A stretch of DNA of 64,000 bases from an uncultured Verrucomicrobiota bacterium (GCA_964401575.1 CAYNZC010000003.1:200-64199), one strand, 5' to 3'. Shown: positions 8,529 to 18,430, counted from the stretch's first letter. Numbers and translations: made by a program. The notes: generated by a model from the sequence alone, not told the origin.

Positions 8529-9623
8529 ATGATTGGAAGAACGTTCATCATGGTGATGGCTGCTTGGGCAGCGAGCGCTGCCTCAGATCCATCGGTGAAC
8601 GGCCCCTTCGCCTCCGCCCGCCAGACCGTTGACATCCCCGGCACCCAGAACGCCACGCTGGTCACCGATGTTTTTTTTCCCGGCACCACGGCGACCGGGG
8701 TGGATCCGGCGGCTGGGCCATGTCCGGTCATCGTCTTGGGACACGGTTTTGCCCAATCGCGGAACCAGCACGTAAATCAGGGGCTGCAACTGGCCACGCG
8801 GGGTTACCTCGTGTTGATTCCCTCGTTCAACGGCGGTTCCGAACACGCTCGAAACGGGCAGGACCTCAGCAAGTGCGTGGATTGGATTCTGGCACGGAAC
8901 GGAGATCCATCCTCCATTTTCTTCGGACAGGTGCGCACGCAGGCCGTCGGGGCCACTGGGCACTCCGCGGGTGGATTGAGCGCCATCCTCGCGGCGGTCA
9001 ACGATCCGCGCATCCGGGTGTTGTCGTTGATGGACCCAGTGGACAATGGCGGACAGGGGATTGCCGCGCTGGATGGGGTGAATGTGCCGGTGGCCATCAC
9101 CTGGTCTGAGCCCTCGGCCTGCAACGCAAGCGGCAGCGCTGAAGTGCTTTATGCAGCGGCCCGAGGAGTGCGTCGCGGCATGAAGATTGTGGGCGCTAAC
9201 CACACCGATCCCCAGGATCCGGCCGGCATCTTGAGCGTTATTACCTGTGGCGGTGCCAACTCGACGCGACAGGCGCTTTACCGCCGCTACATGGCGGGAT
9301 GGTTTGAGTATCACCTGCGCGGGGACGCCAGCTACGCTCCGTGGATTCTCAACTTCCCCGGAGGCCAGTTGGCCGCAGACCTGGCCGCCAATCGCGTTAC
9401 TTACCAAGCAGTCGTTCCACTGGGTTTGGGCCTTGGTTTGACCAATGGCGTGCTGGCGCTTGAAGTCAACGGTCCCTCCGGCCAGCGATTCGCGTTGGCG
9501 CGTTCGACGGATGGAGGCCCTTGGGTGCCGACTGTCACCAACACAACGCCTGTCGCGCCATTGGTCCTGCCCCTGTCGCCCTCGGTGGAATTGGAACTGT
9601 GGCGGGCGCAAAGCCTTCCCTGA
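8529..9623 (+). CDS. Secreted alpha/beta hydrolase (dienelactone hydrolase / PAF-acetylhydrolase / chlorophyllase-like) with a C-terminal beta-sandwich module
   Basis: ATG 8529 gives the signal peptide MIGRTFIMVMAAWAASAAS. Nucleophile elbow GATGHSAGG. VIVLGHGF oxyanion region. The listed start at 8307 adds 74 aa of implausible sequence that overlaps the minus-strand remnant. Confidence 0.75.
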   Translation: MIGRTFIMVMAAWAASAASDPSVNGPFASARQTVDIPGTQNATLVTDVFFPGTTATGVDPAAGPCPVIVLGHGFAQSRNQHVNQGLQLATRGYLVLIPSFNGGSEHARNGQDLSKCVDWILARNGDPSSIFFGQVRTQAVGATGHSAGGLSAILAAVNDPRIRVLSLMDPVDNGGQGIAALDGVNVPVAITWSEPSACNASGSAEVLYAAARGVRRGMKIVGANHTDPQDPAGILSVITCGGANSTRQALYRRYMAGWFEYHLRGDASYAPWILNFPGGQLAADLAANRVTYQAVVPLGLGLGLTNGVLALEVNGPSGQRFALARSTDGGPWVPTVTNTTPVAPLVLPLSPSVELELWRAQSLP

Positions 9624-9655
9624 TTTGCCGCTTGCTTGATCAACGACCGAAAAAT

Positions 9656-9730
9656 TGGCTCCAGAGGTAGGGCTCGAACCTACAACCCCACGGTTAACAG
9701 CCGCGTGCTCTACCATTGAGCTACTCTGGA
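9656..9730 (-). tRNA. tRNA-Asn (anticodon GUU), CCA encoded
   Basis: The reverse complement folds as a cloverleaf: acceptor TCCAGAG/CTCTGGA, D stem GCTC/GAGC, anticodon stem CGCGG/CCGTG with loop CTGTTAA, T arm GTAGG-TTCGAGC-CCTAC, discriminator G, 3' CCA. Length 75 nt. Confidence 0.93.
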
Positions 9731-9976
9731 ACCCGAAGGCCGGAATCTACAAAGATGCCCGTGTCGCGTCAAACGGAATCTGCCCAAAAAACGCGACGAC
9801 ATCGACCCCCGATCAGGCTCTCGAAGACAAGCGGGGAGCACAAGGGCGCAGGAACTCCTTGTAAGTAGTTGTCAAACGGGGCGGTTTTGGCATGTTCCGC
9901 CGATACGTATCTAGCCGGGGACCTGCAAAACGTGCATTCGGGCCACCGGCAGAAGCGTCATTTCACGAATACGAAT

Positions 9977-11788
9977 ATGAACGGAGCGGGATTACATCGT
10001 CCGCGAAATCTGGATTGGCGGCGCGCAGCGGCGCTGCTTTACGGGGATTGGGGAACGAGCAAGGCGTATGTCATCGGCCTGGCATTTGTCATGGCCGGGT
10101 TCTCTTCCCTTTCGATCATCATTGCGGTCTCGCTGCTCACGGCGGTGGTTGGCTACAACTACATGGTCATTTGCCGGCATTTCCCGGAGGGCGGCGGGGT
10201 CTATTCGGCTGCACGAGACCAAAGCCGGTTTCTTGCGGTGATGGGAGCGCTGCTGCTGGTGGCCAATTTCACCGTCACAGCGGCCATGAGCGCCTGGGCT
10301 GCAATGGCGTATTTTGGTTTTCCACCCGGGGCGGTGCGATGGGCGACGATGGGTGTTATTCTAGCGATGGCGGTCTTCAACCATTTTGGTCCCAAGCACA
10401 CCGGCAGCTTCGCGGGGGTGCTGGCGGTTCCCATGGTAATCGTGGTGATTACCATCGTGGCTTTAAGCGTTCCGGACCTCACGATCCGGTACCTGGAGCC
10501 GGTCACCGGTGGTTTTGCAAAGAACTGGACGGCGTTTGTGGGGGTGATTCTTGCGCTTAGCGGAGTGGAGGCCATTGCGAACCTGACGGGCGTGATGAAG
10601 CTTGATCCCGGCGCCACCATGGACAAGCCCCGAGTGTCCAAAACCGCCAATCGCGCAATTCTGCCCGTGGCGCTCGAGGTGGTGCTTGGAACCTCGCTGC
10701 TGGGGTGGGCGATGCTCTCACTTCCGCGCTCGGCGGAAGCGGCGATGCAAAGCCGGTGGGAAGACATGGTGCGTTTTCTCGCGGAGCACTACGGCACGGC
10801 CCGTTTTGGGGCGGATTTTGGCAGTATTCTTGGAGTTGTCGTCGGAGTCATCGTTGGAGGGCTTTTGCTCAGCGCGGTGAACACAGCGATCGGGGCGATG
10901 ATCGGCCTGTGCTACATGCTGGCGCGTGACGGTGAGATGCCGCGCAACTTCGCGCGGCTCAATGTTCATGGTGTGCCGATCATTCCACTGGGAATCGCGG
11001 GCGCCCTGCCCTTCGTCGTGGCGGCATTAGCCCCGGATCTCCACGCCCTGGCGGGTCTGTATGCCATCGGCGTGGTCGGCGCCATCGCGGTGAACCTGGG
11101 CTCATGCACGTTCAACCGGAAGCTGAGTCTGCGCTGGTTCGAGCGCGGGATCATGGGGGTTACGTTTCTCGTCCTGTTCGCGGTTGAGCTCACCATCGCG
11201 CGAACGGAGCGGGATGCCCTGTTCTTCGCATGTTGCGTTCTGGGGGCCGGATTCGCCCTGCGACACTACGCCCAGAAGCGCGCGGGCCTGACGACACTGA
11301 CCATCAGCAAGCAAATCGCCGCGCAGGTCGCACCCGAAAGCTCGCCCGAATGGAAGCTGAACCTGAGCGGCGGCCAGGCGATCATGGTAGCTGCGCGCGG
11401 TCTGACCCCGGTGTTAAGGTATGCCATGGAAGAGGCGCGCCTGCGGAAAGCGATGCTTTACGTCATCTACGTGAAGGAACTCGCTGTCACCCTGCCTGGC
11501 AGGCTTGCCCAGGAGGCCCCGAAGTGGCAGGAGGACCCCGACGCTTCGCGCATCATGTGCAGCATGGTGGAGCTTGGCCGGCAGACGGAGGTGACCGTGG
11601 TGCCGCTTTACGCCGTAAGCGACAACCCAGCCTCCACGATTCTGGACCTGGCCGCCACACTCGGCATCGACATTCTCATGCTCGGCGCAAGACATCGGCG
11701 CAGCCTTGCGCAGCTATTCAAGGGGGATGTGGCCAACCAGGTCGCGCGGGAACTGCCGGAAAACATCGAACTGGTTATCTACGGTTGA
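9977..11788 (+). CDS. APC-superfamily permease fused to a C-terminal universal stress protein (UspA) domain
   Basis: About 12 hydrophobic segments after YGDWGTSKAYVIGLAF. The C-terminal ~140 aa are Usp-like (AIMVAARGLTPVLRYAMEEA...LYVIYVKE...DILMLGARHRRSLAQLFKGDVANQVAR). ATG 9977 is preferred over the listed upstream start at 9869. Confidence 0.8.
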   Translation: MNGAGLHRPRNLDWRRAAALLYGDWGTSKAYVIGLAFVMAGFSSLSIIIAVSLLTAVVGYNYMVICRHFPEGGGVYSAARDQSRFLAVMGALLLVANFTVTAAMSAWAAMAYFGFPPGAVRWATMGVILAMAVFNHFGPKHTGSFAGVLAVPMVIVVITIVALSVPDLTIRYLEPVTGGFAKNWTAFVGVILALSGVEAIANLTGVMKLDPGATMDKPRVSKTANRAILPVALEVVLGTSLLGWAMLSLPRSAEAAMQSRWEDMVRFLAEHYGTARFGADFGSILGVVVGVIVGGLLLSAVNTAIGAMIGLCYMLARDGEMPRNFARLNVHGVPIIPLGIAGALPFVVAALAPDLHALAGLYAIGVVGAIAVNLGSCTFNRKLSLRWFERGIMGVTFLVLFAVELTIARTERDALFFACCVLGAGFALRHYAQKRAGLTTLTISKQIAAQVAPESSPEWKLNLSGGQAIMVAARGLTPVLRYAMEEARLRKAMLYVIYVKELAVTLPGRLAQEAPKWQEDPDASRIMCSMVELGRQTEVTVVPLYAVSDNPASTILDLAATLGIDILMLGARHRRSLAQLFKGDVANQVARELPENIELVIYG

Positions 11789-12698
11789 TAAGCCCCTCGA
11801 TATCCGCGCGGGTTGGCACAGAGCTCTGGGCGCCCATGCGTGTCACGGACACAGCCGCTGCGGCGCTGCCGAATGCTGCCGCGTCCATTAGTGTTTTGCC
11901 TTCCGCCAGCGCGACGGCCAGAGCCCCGTTAAAAACGTCTCCAGCCGCGGTGGTGTCCACAGCATTCACTTTGTGGCCTGGAACAAATCCGCTGCCGTCC
12001 CGGCCGGATACCAGCGCCCCTCTTGCGCCCATCGTAATGATCACGTTTCTGACGCCCCGCTTGCGCAGGATTCCCGCCGCTTCTTCCGCGGAGGCCTCAT
12101 CGGTGACCGCAACGCCTGTGAGGAGCTGGGCCTCGCTTTCGTTCGGTGTGAGCAGAAACAGCCGCGCAAGCAAATCGTCGGGCAACGGTTGCGCAGGAGC
12201 GGGATTCAGAATCACGCGCAACCCGGCCTCAGTCCCGAGACGCGCGGCGGCGTTCACCGTTTCCAGGGGCGTTTCCAACTGCATTACCAGGACTGCAGCC
12301 TGTTGAAAGGCGCCTTTTGCTCTGAGGACATCCTGGGGGGAGAGGTGTCCGTTTGCCCCGGAAGCGACCCCGATGCTGTTTTCACCGTTGGCGCCGACAA
12401 AAATCAGTGCGACTCCCGAAGGACTCGCATCGTCCCGCACGACGAAATCCACATTGATCTCATCAGCCTTGAAGCCTTCCATAGCTCTGTCGCCGAACAT
12501 GTCCCGCCCTACCCGGGCGACAAAAGTGACCTGTCCCCCGGCTCGAGCGGCCGCCACCGCCTGGTTGGCGCCCTTGCCTCCCGCCGCGGTCACAAACTCC
12601 CCGCCAATGATGGTTTCTCCGGGCCGCGGAATGCGGTCCATTTTGAGAATCATGTCTGTGTTCGAACTGCCGACAACGATCAGAGCGCGTTTAGTCAT
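11775..12698 (-). CDS. rbsK: Ribokinase
   Basis: PfkB-family signatures: GGKGANQAVAAARAG near the N-terminus and VDTTAAGDVFNGALAVALAEG near the C-terminus. It starts LIVVGSSNTDM. Confidence 0.9.
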   Translation of the reverse strand: MTKRALIVVGSSNTDMILKMDRIPRPGETIIGGEFVTAAGGKGANQAVAAARAGGQVTFVARVGRDMFGDRAMEGFKADEINVDFVVRDDASPSGVALIFVGANGENSIGVASGANGHLSPQDVLRAKGAFQQAAVLVMQLETPLETVNAAARLGTEAGLRVILNPAPAQPLPDDLLARLFLLTPNESEAQLLTGVAVTDEASAEEAAGILRKRGVRNVIITMGARGALVSGRDGSGFVPGHKVNAVDTTAAGDVFNGALAVALAEGKTLMDAAAFGSAAAAVSVTRMGAQSSVPTRADIEGLINRR

Positions 12699-12719
12699 GG
12701 CGATAGCGGATCCGGAGTT

Positions 12720-13730
12720 TCAAAGTTTGGAGGCGATGAGAATTCCCAACCCCACAAGGTAGAAAAGGAACATTGCAGCGAGGAACTTGTTAGTGCCGGG
12801 CGGCGCGGACTTGAATTCCTTCCAAATGAACACTCCCCAAAAAGCGCCGATCATTGTGGCGCCCTGCCCGAGGCCGTATGCCAGCGCAGGATCTGCCGCG
12901 GTCGAGGCGACGATGCTGAAACTCATGCCGAGATTCCAGATAACACCGCCCAGGATCCCGATGAGATGGAGACGCATGTTGCCTTTTGTGAAGTAGTCGC
13001 TGAAGGCCACCGGCGGGCCTGAAAGTGGCTTCACCATCATAATGCTGTTCCAGAGAAAGTTCGACACAAGCACACCGGCCGAAAAGAGAACGATCGCGGT
13101 ATAAGGGCTGAGCTTGCCCGGTTCGAGCGCCAGGGTGTCCGGGTCAATTTTGCCCATGGACCTGGCCACGAAACTATAAAACCAGCCCATGGCGACCCCC
13201 GCCAGAATGGAGATGACGATCCCTTTCACGGGTGTGCGCTGGCCGCTCCGTGCCAGACGCTTGTAAGCAAGACCGTCCAGCACAATTGCAACGATGATAA
13301 AGGCAACTCCCAATGCCAGCATTGGCACGTTGCCCTCTCGGGTCGTCATGTAGGTGGTGACGACTCCGAGCGCCAGGGCGAGCCCAACACCGATCGGGAA
13401 GGCCACTGCGAGCCCGGCGATATCAATGGCCGCAACGAGCAGGATATTCGAAAGATTAAAAGTGACTCCCCCCAAAAATGCCGCTCCGAGCCACTTGCCT
13501 TGTGCCTGATCAAGGTCCGCCATGAAACTCCGCCCGCCCTGCCCCATGCTGCCAAGGGTGAAGGCAAGGATCAGGGAAAGCAGCAGCACGCCAACCGCGT
13601 AGTCCCAGTAGAAGAGTTGAAAGCGCCATTCCTTGCTTGCGAGCTTTTGGGTGTTCGCCCAGGAACCCCAGCAAAGCATGGTAATGATGCACATCAGCAC
13701 GGCGACACCGTAGGACTGCACAATGGTCAT
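12720..13730 (-). CDS. GRP/DMT-family sugar (putative ribose) uptake transporter
   Basis: A 10-TM polytopic protein (CWGSWANTQKL... motif region) that ends 21 nt upstream of rbsK on the same strand. The substrate is inferred only from that linkage. Confidence 0.72.
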   Translation of the reverse strand: MTIVQSYGVAVLMCIITMLCWGSWANTQKLASKEWRFQLFYWDYAVGVLLLSLILAFTLGSMGQGGRSFMADLDQAQGKWLGAAFLGGVTFNLSNILLVAAIDIAGLAVAFPIGVGLALALGVVTTYMTTREGNVPMLALGVAFIIVAIVLDGLAYKRLARSGQRTPVKGIVISILAGVAMGWFYSFVARSMGKIDPDTLALEPGKLSPYTAIVLFSAGVLVSNFLWNSIMMVKPLSGPPVAFSDYFTKGNMRLHLIGILGGVIWNLGMSFSIVASTAADPALAYGLGQGATMIGAFWGVFIWKEFKSAPPGTNKFLAAMFLFYLVGLGILIASKL

Positions 13731-13831
13731 ATGTTGATCTTTCGTTTAGCGATTCCTCTTGCCCAGTAAGAGCAAAAGCCGGACGGCGCACAAGAATATT
13801 TCGGTCCGGCGCATATCCATGAAGCCCGGAG

Positions 13832-14066
13832 AGCAAAAATGGGGGAATGCGCTCGGGATGAGGCTATCCCCGGTGCCGATGCGGAAAGATGGGGACGACC
13901 CCAGTGGGATAGGCGGCGCCATCTCACGGGGTGAAGCGGAAATTGGGGACGATGCGAAAATCGTTCCTACCTGCGGGGGTGAGGCCACCCCCGCTCCGAT
14001 GTGGGAATAATGGGACGATGTGGAAGTCGTCCCTGCCGGGGGACGGAGATGCCTGATGCTGCGGCC
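13832..14066. repeat. Tandem array (3-4 degenerate units) of a structured intergenic repeat with a GGGACGA-N8-TCGTCCC hairpin
   Basis: Each unit starts with gatgcggaaagatgggga, gaagcggaaattgggga or gatgtgggaataatggga. Hairpins lie at 13946-13967 (imperfect) and 14012-14033 (perfect 7 bp). Tails are cctgcggggg... and cctgatgctgcgg. The same architecture recurs at 19480-19616. Confidence 0.65.
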
Positions 14067-14089
14067 GGGTGTCGAGAGACGTTATCCGA

Positions 14090-17000
14090 CTACTTTGGGG
14101 AGACCATTTCCTTGAAAACCGGGTTGCTGTAAAGCGCCGCAAAGCGCCCGTCTTTGGCGGCTTCAACCGCGAGATTTTTTAACTTGGGATCCTGTCGCAA
14201 ACGGGCGTTGCTCAGGTCGATGGCCTTTCGCAAGGCATCGAGCGATTCTTTAACCTTCCCCAGCGCTCCCTTGAGCGCGGCGTAATCGTACCATGCCTCT
14301 GCTGAATTTGGCGACACTTCCACAAGCCTGGTGAGAGCTTCCTCAAGTTTTGGGTAGTTGGTCGCCGCAGCATAGTGCGTCGCGACCTGGAGCACCATGG
14401 TTCCGTCTGCCTTGGGATGCTTTAGGGTGGCTTCCATCAATGCCTCCACTTTGTCCTTCTGCTGAGTCATCCGGTACCCTTCGGCCAGGGCCATGGCATC
14501 CTCCAGCGCGTCCGGGTTTTGTTTGTAGCGCGCCTCGAGTTTTTGCACAAGAGAACGCACCCTATCCATGTTTCCGATGCTTGAGTAGGCCTGGAAGAGC
14601 ACACGGTAAGCGGCGGCTTCGGCCTGGGGATCGGCGGCGATCTGGTCTAAAACCTCGAGTGCCTTATCCGTCTTCTGCATTTGCAGGTAAACCATGGCGA
14701 GGTTGAAACCCACCTGGAAATTTGTGGGTTGGGCCTTGAACTGCTTTTCAAGCTCCGCCGCACTGTTCTGGTTTGGCACTGGCATCGCGGCGGCTCCGCC
14801 CGCCTTGCTCTCCTTATCCCACGCCTCCAGCTTTCTGACAAGGTCGAGCACCTGGCCGTTATACGGATCCAGTTTTAGACATGTGCGCGCGATGATGAGC
14901 GCGTCCCCGAAACGCTGCGTTGTCAGGAGCAGGTTCACGTATCGGAACACCGCCTCAGGGCTGTACGGGCAAAACGCGAAGGCCTGTTTGAACGTGAAAT
15001 CGGCCTCTTTAATCATTCGCTGCTGCTCGGCGCCTCCCTTCGAATTCGTGACACGCCAGTAGTACACCCCGCCAATGGAGCTTCGCAGCTTTGAAAACGC
15101 CTTTTGCGCCTGATCGTCGCGCGCGAACTTGCGGTCGCCTTTGAATCCTTTGAAATTCTTTCGCAGATAAACCCGTTCAACGAATTCCGCAATCTCGGAA
15201 ACCTTTGTGTCGTAAGTGATCCAGTTCCCGATCAGGCGCTCGGAATACTGTGTCCAGAATTCATGATCTCGGCGGATGATATCCTCCGTGAACTCCGGCA
15301 GTGGATTGCGGTTGATCTTCATGATGATGCCAAAGGGCGTCAGGTGCGGATACATCCAATCCAGCGGGAAGCTTTCCTCGACAAAGAACTCGTTTCTTGG
15401 ATTGGCATCGAACATGACCTTCGTGAGCAGGCCGTTAATCGCCATGACGGCGACCTGGCCGGACACTTGCACACGGTTGTCAACGACACGGACATCCTCG
15501 CCGGGCTTGAGCTGGTTTAACTGAAGGCGTCTCTGGGCGTCCTGGAGGTAATTCTCAAAGCAGGTTCGTGAATCCTCGGGCGTGGCAATATAAATCTCCC
15601 GGTCCGGATATACGCCGCCCTTGCTGGCCCGGATCAACTTCGGGTAGGAAGCCTCGATCAGAAGGCGGTTCAGCCTTATCCAGCTATGGCTCTGAGGTTT
15701 CTCATTGATGAAGTCCTGCAAATACCCGGATATCTGCACTCCCTTAAACCGTTCCGGCGTGTAAAAGGCCGGTTCCTTCGATAGCGCGTCGATTTCCGCA
15801 CCGAGCTTTTCGATTTCCTGCGAAATCCGCCCGGAGCCTTTGCCCTCGGAGGCCGCATCCTGCAACGCGGCAACCCTGGCCCTCTTCTTTTCTTTCTGCT
15901 CCTTGAGCGTCAGATCACGTTCAATGATAACATTGAAATCATCGGCCAGCGCCTTGCGCAGTCTCTTTTCATCGGCCTTGCCCGCCAGGAGTTGCTTTGT
16001 CTCCCCGCTGAGATGATCGTAAATGAAGGTTGAGACCGCGTCCCGATTCGGATCCGGACGCAGTTTTTGAGCGAGGGCGGAAAGATCAGTAAAGTGGTCT
16101 CCGTCGAACCATGAAGTGTAGGTGCGCCGGCGTTTTTCGATTTTTGCCCCAAGCGATTCGAAGAGGTCATCCAGCGGCTGTGCGGCGCGGGCAAGCCTGT
16201 TGGTTTCAAAGTTGTCGGTCCGCTCAGCCTCGGACCGCAGAAACTCCTGGAAGAACGGCGGGTCAATCTGTTTGCTGCGATTGTAATGCGCCCGGATGTA
16301 ATTGAGGTATGTCCCATCGGCCAGGGCGTTTTGGGTGATGATGTACACGTCGCGCCGATCGAACTTCTGGTCCAGTTTCGGCAGGTCTTTGGGCTCCAGG
16401 AAACTGTCGCAGAAGATCATGTAAGTGGGACAGAAGCGGCCCGGATCAGTGCCGCCGTAGAGGACCGCGTCTTTGGTCATCTCGGGGTATAGGGGCTTGC
16501 CATCCGATCCATTGAAGGGCGGTGTGAACATGTCATGACCGAACCAGTAGCCGAAGTAGTGTCCGCGTTGCTCGTTGTTGGCCCAGTGCGTGAGAATCGG
16601 ATAAACGGGCATCAGGGCAAACATGCTCAAAGTGATCAGCAGTGGGCCGCGACTGCGATAGACCAAAAGGCTTGCCACAAAGGTCACGGTCATGCCAACA
16701 AGGATCAAGCCCGCGAAGATCGGGAGGCCGAACTGGTCTTTGTCCGTAAAAGCTGCCAGGGTAAGTTTCATCAACTCGCCCAGGCTTGCTTCCGCAGCTT
16801 CGCCAAAGTAGGTCCGCATGGTTAAGGTCACGAAGGAATAAAGAGACAGCGCGATGGCGAAGGCGCCACCGAGAAGCCCGACGGATCTGAAGTTCTGGTA
16901 GTGGCTGGCCATGTACGCGGCTACAAGGGTCATGCCATAGCCGACCATCAGGGCGATGAGACTGTGCGAAGCGCCGAAGAACACGCGCACCAGTTCCTGG

Positions 17001-18430
17001 GCCGCCCGGTCGGGTGGAGGGTTCAGCAGGATCAGCAGCAGGACACCCAGGCAGAGGTAGATGCCTGTAATACCCGCAATCCACGCGCGCTCTCTCTTGT
17101 GCAGCTTGAGGAAGAACAGAAACGGCACCAGGGCCAGAAACGCATACACCCAGTTGAATTCCTCGACAATTCCAGTGCCGAGCATCTGCAACTGAGTGAT
17201 GAAACGCATTGGGTCCCCGATGATATCCGTGGGGTTGGCCTTTTCATACTGCCCGCGAGTGAAAGCATGAATGAAGCCCTCGACGGTGCGCGGATAGCCC
17301 CATTGCATTGGCGGATTGGTCATACCCGCCAGAGGCATGTAGAAGTAGAAACTTGCGCCCAGGAGCCAGCAAAAACCGGACATCAACATGACCCTCCACT
17401 CGCCCTGGGTCTTGCGAACCGGCCAGGCCAGCCACAGGAAACCGATCAAGGCCGCAACGGATATTGCATAAGCGAGGAATCCGAACCTTGGGCCGGCGGC
17501 GGCGGCCAGCGCGGTGACCGCAAGCAGGGCATCCCTGCCAAATTCTTCGAGGGATTCTTTGGTAAGGATGGTAAACCAGACGTAAGCCGCGATGGAGGCA
17601 ATGCCCACCACGTTGAAAATCGCAAAAATGGCCGGGTTGGCCTCCAGCGCAGTCAGCTTATGCTGAGACTTCAAAATCAGCCCGGCAACGTAAATGATGC
17701 TGTTGCCCAGCCACAGGTTGCGTCCGAGGCGAAAGTGAGCGGCTGCGATGGCCACCTCGATGCCCATGGCGGCCACGATCAAGGTCTGGTGGTTCGTGAA
17801 AGAAATCCCAAACGCGAACATGGCGTAGTAGAGATACCGGTTCTGATGCGGCGCGTAGATCCAGCGCAGGAGGCAGAGAAGCACGATCATGAAGGACATC
17901 ACGCTGAAGGCGTAAACCTCGACGATCACCGACTGACTCCATAAGAAACCGTTGAATGCAATCAGCATTCCCGCCACGACGCCGGACACCGTGCAGATCG
18001 CCACTTCCCAGCGCCCGCCCATGCTCTTCAGTTCCTCGATGCCTTCCATGAGAAGGCTGCTTCCGCGCGAGACCAGCAGGCCAAGCAGGCCGGCTGCAAG
18101 GGCGCTGCTCGTGGCCACCCCGACTCCCACCCGCCACGCAATGTTGCCCATAGGCAGCAATACCGTCCAAATCCACGTGTAAATAGTCCAGACCGGGTAA
18201 CCCGGCGGGTGCGGAATGCCCGCATAGTAGGATCCCGCTGCCAGTTCGCCTGAATCCTCGAGGGTCAACTCCGGGGCGAGCGTCAGGTAATACCCTACCC
18301 AGACCGCGGCAAAAGTGATCAGAAAGGTGATCCAGTCCGAGCGCCTGAAGAGTGGCGCCGGCGAAACGGCTGCGGATGGAACGGAACTCGAGGTGGCCGC
18401 AGAGGCCCCCTTGGCTTTGTCATTGCTCAT
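14090..18430 (-). CDS. DUF2723 (GT-C-fold glycosyltransferase-like, TMEM260-type) polytopic membrane protein with a C-terminal TPR domain
   Basis: DUF2723 hallmark LEDSGELAAGSYYAGIPHPPGYPVWTIY after the first TM segment. There are more than 15 hydrophobic segments in the first ~620 aa. A coiled-coil/charged middle region follows. The C-terminus has TPR-like repeats (..AMVYLQMQKTDKALEVLDQ.., ..AEAWYDYAALKGALGKVKESLDALRKAI..). Confidence 0.85.
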   Translation of the reverse strand: MSNDKAKGASAATSSSVPSAAVSPAPLFRRSDWITFLITFAAVWVGYYLTLAPELTLEDSGELAAGSYYAGIPHPPGYPVWTIYTWIWTVLLPMGNIAWRVGVGVATSSALAAGLLGLLVSRGSSLLMEGIEELKSMGGRWEVAICTVSGVVAGMLIAFNGFLWSQSVIVEVYAFSVMSFMIVLLCLLRWIYAPHQNRYLYYAMFAFGISFTNHQTLIVAAMGIEVAIAAAHFRLGRNLWLGNSIIYVAGLILKSQHKLTALEANPAIFAIFNVVGIASIAAYVWFTILTKESLEEFGRDALLAVTALAAAAGPRFGFLAYAISVAALIGFLWLAWPVRKTQGEWRVMLMSGFCWLLGASFYFYMPLAGMTNPPMQWGYPRTVEGFIHAFTRGQYEKANPTDIIGDPMRFITQLQMLGTGIVEEFNWVYAFLALVPFLFFLKLHKRERAWIAGITGIYLCLGVLLLILLNPPPDRAAQELVRVFFGASHSLIALMVGYGMTLVAAYMASHYQNFRSVGLLGGAFAIALSLYSFVTLTMRTYFGEAAEASLGELMKLTLAAFTDKDQFGLPIFAGLILVGMTVTFVASLLVYRSRGPLLITLSMFALMPVYPILTHWANNEQRGHYFGYWFGHDMFTPPFNGSDGKPLYPEMTKDAVLYGGTDPGRFCPTYMIFCDSFLEPKDLPKLDQKFDRRDVYIITQNALADGTYLNYIRAHYNRSKQIDPPFFQEFLRSEAERTDNFETNRLARAAQPLDDLFESLGAKIEKRRRTYTSWFDGDHFTDLSALAQKLRPDPNRDAVSTFIYDHLSGETKQLLAGKADEKRLRKALADDFNVIIERDLTLKEQKEKKRARVAALQDAASEGKGSGRISQEIEKLGAEIDALSKEPAFYTPERFKGVQISGYLQDFINEKPQSHSWIRLNRLLIEASYPKLIRASKGGVYPDREIYIATPEDSRTCFENYLQDAQRRLQLNQLKPGEDVRVVDNRVQVSGQVAVMAINGLLTKVMFDANPRNEFFVEESFPLDWMYPHLTPFGIIMKINRNPLPEFTEDIIRRDHEFWTQYSERLIGNWITYDTKVSEIAEFVERVYLRKNFKGFKGDRKFARDDQAQKAFSKLRSSIGGVYYWRVTNSKGGAEQQRMIKEADFTFKQAFAFCPYSPEAVFRYVNLLLTTQRFGDALIIARTCLKLDPYNGQVLDLVRKLEAWDKESKAGGAAAMPVPNQNSAAELEKQFKAQPTNFQVGFNLAMVYLQMQKTDKALEVLDQIAADPQAEAAAYRVLFQAYSSIGNMDRVRSLVQKLEARYKQNPDALEDAMALAEGYRMTQQKDKVEALMEATLKHPKADGTMVLQVATHYAAATNYPKLEEALTRLVEVSPNSAEAWYDYAALKGALGKVKESLDALRKAIDLSNARLRQDPKLKNLAVEAAKDGRFAALYSNPVFKEMVSPK

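Noticed and set aside
8583-9716. 377-aa minus-strand ORF opposite the alpha/beta hydrolase and running into the tRNA
   Set aside because: It is antisense to a well-supported CDS (GHSAGG elbow, signal peptide). It overlaps tRNA-Asn and has an implausible composition.
11230-13022. Plus-strand ORFs 11230-12306 (358 aa) and 11973-13022 (349 aa)
   Set aside because: They lie out of frame over the permease 3' end, or antisense to rbsK and the sugar transporter. They are Arg/Ala/Pro-rich with no motifs.
13832-14066. Possible CRISPR array
   Set aside because: The repeats are degenerate and of variable length, with no uniform unique spacers between them. No cas genes are nearby, and a related copy lies elsewhere as a single unit. 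They fit better as a REP/MITE-like structured repeat.
16901-17944. 347-aa plus-strand ORF inside the DUF2723 gene
   Set aside because: It is antisense to a TM-rich region whose minus frame gives coherent hydrophobic helices. The plus-frame translation is charged low-complexity sequence.
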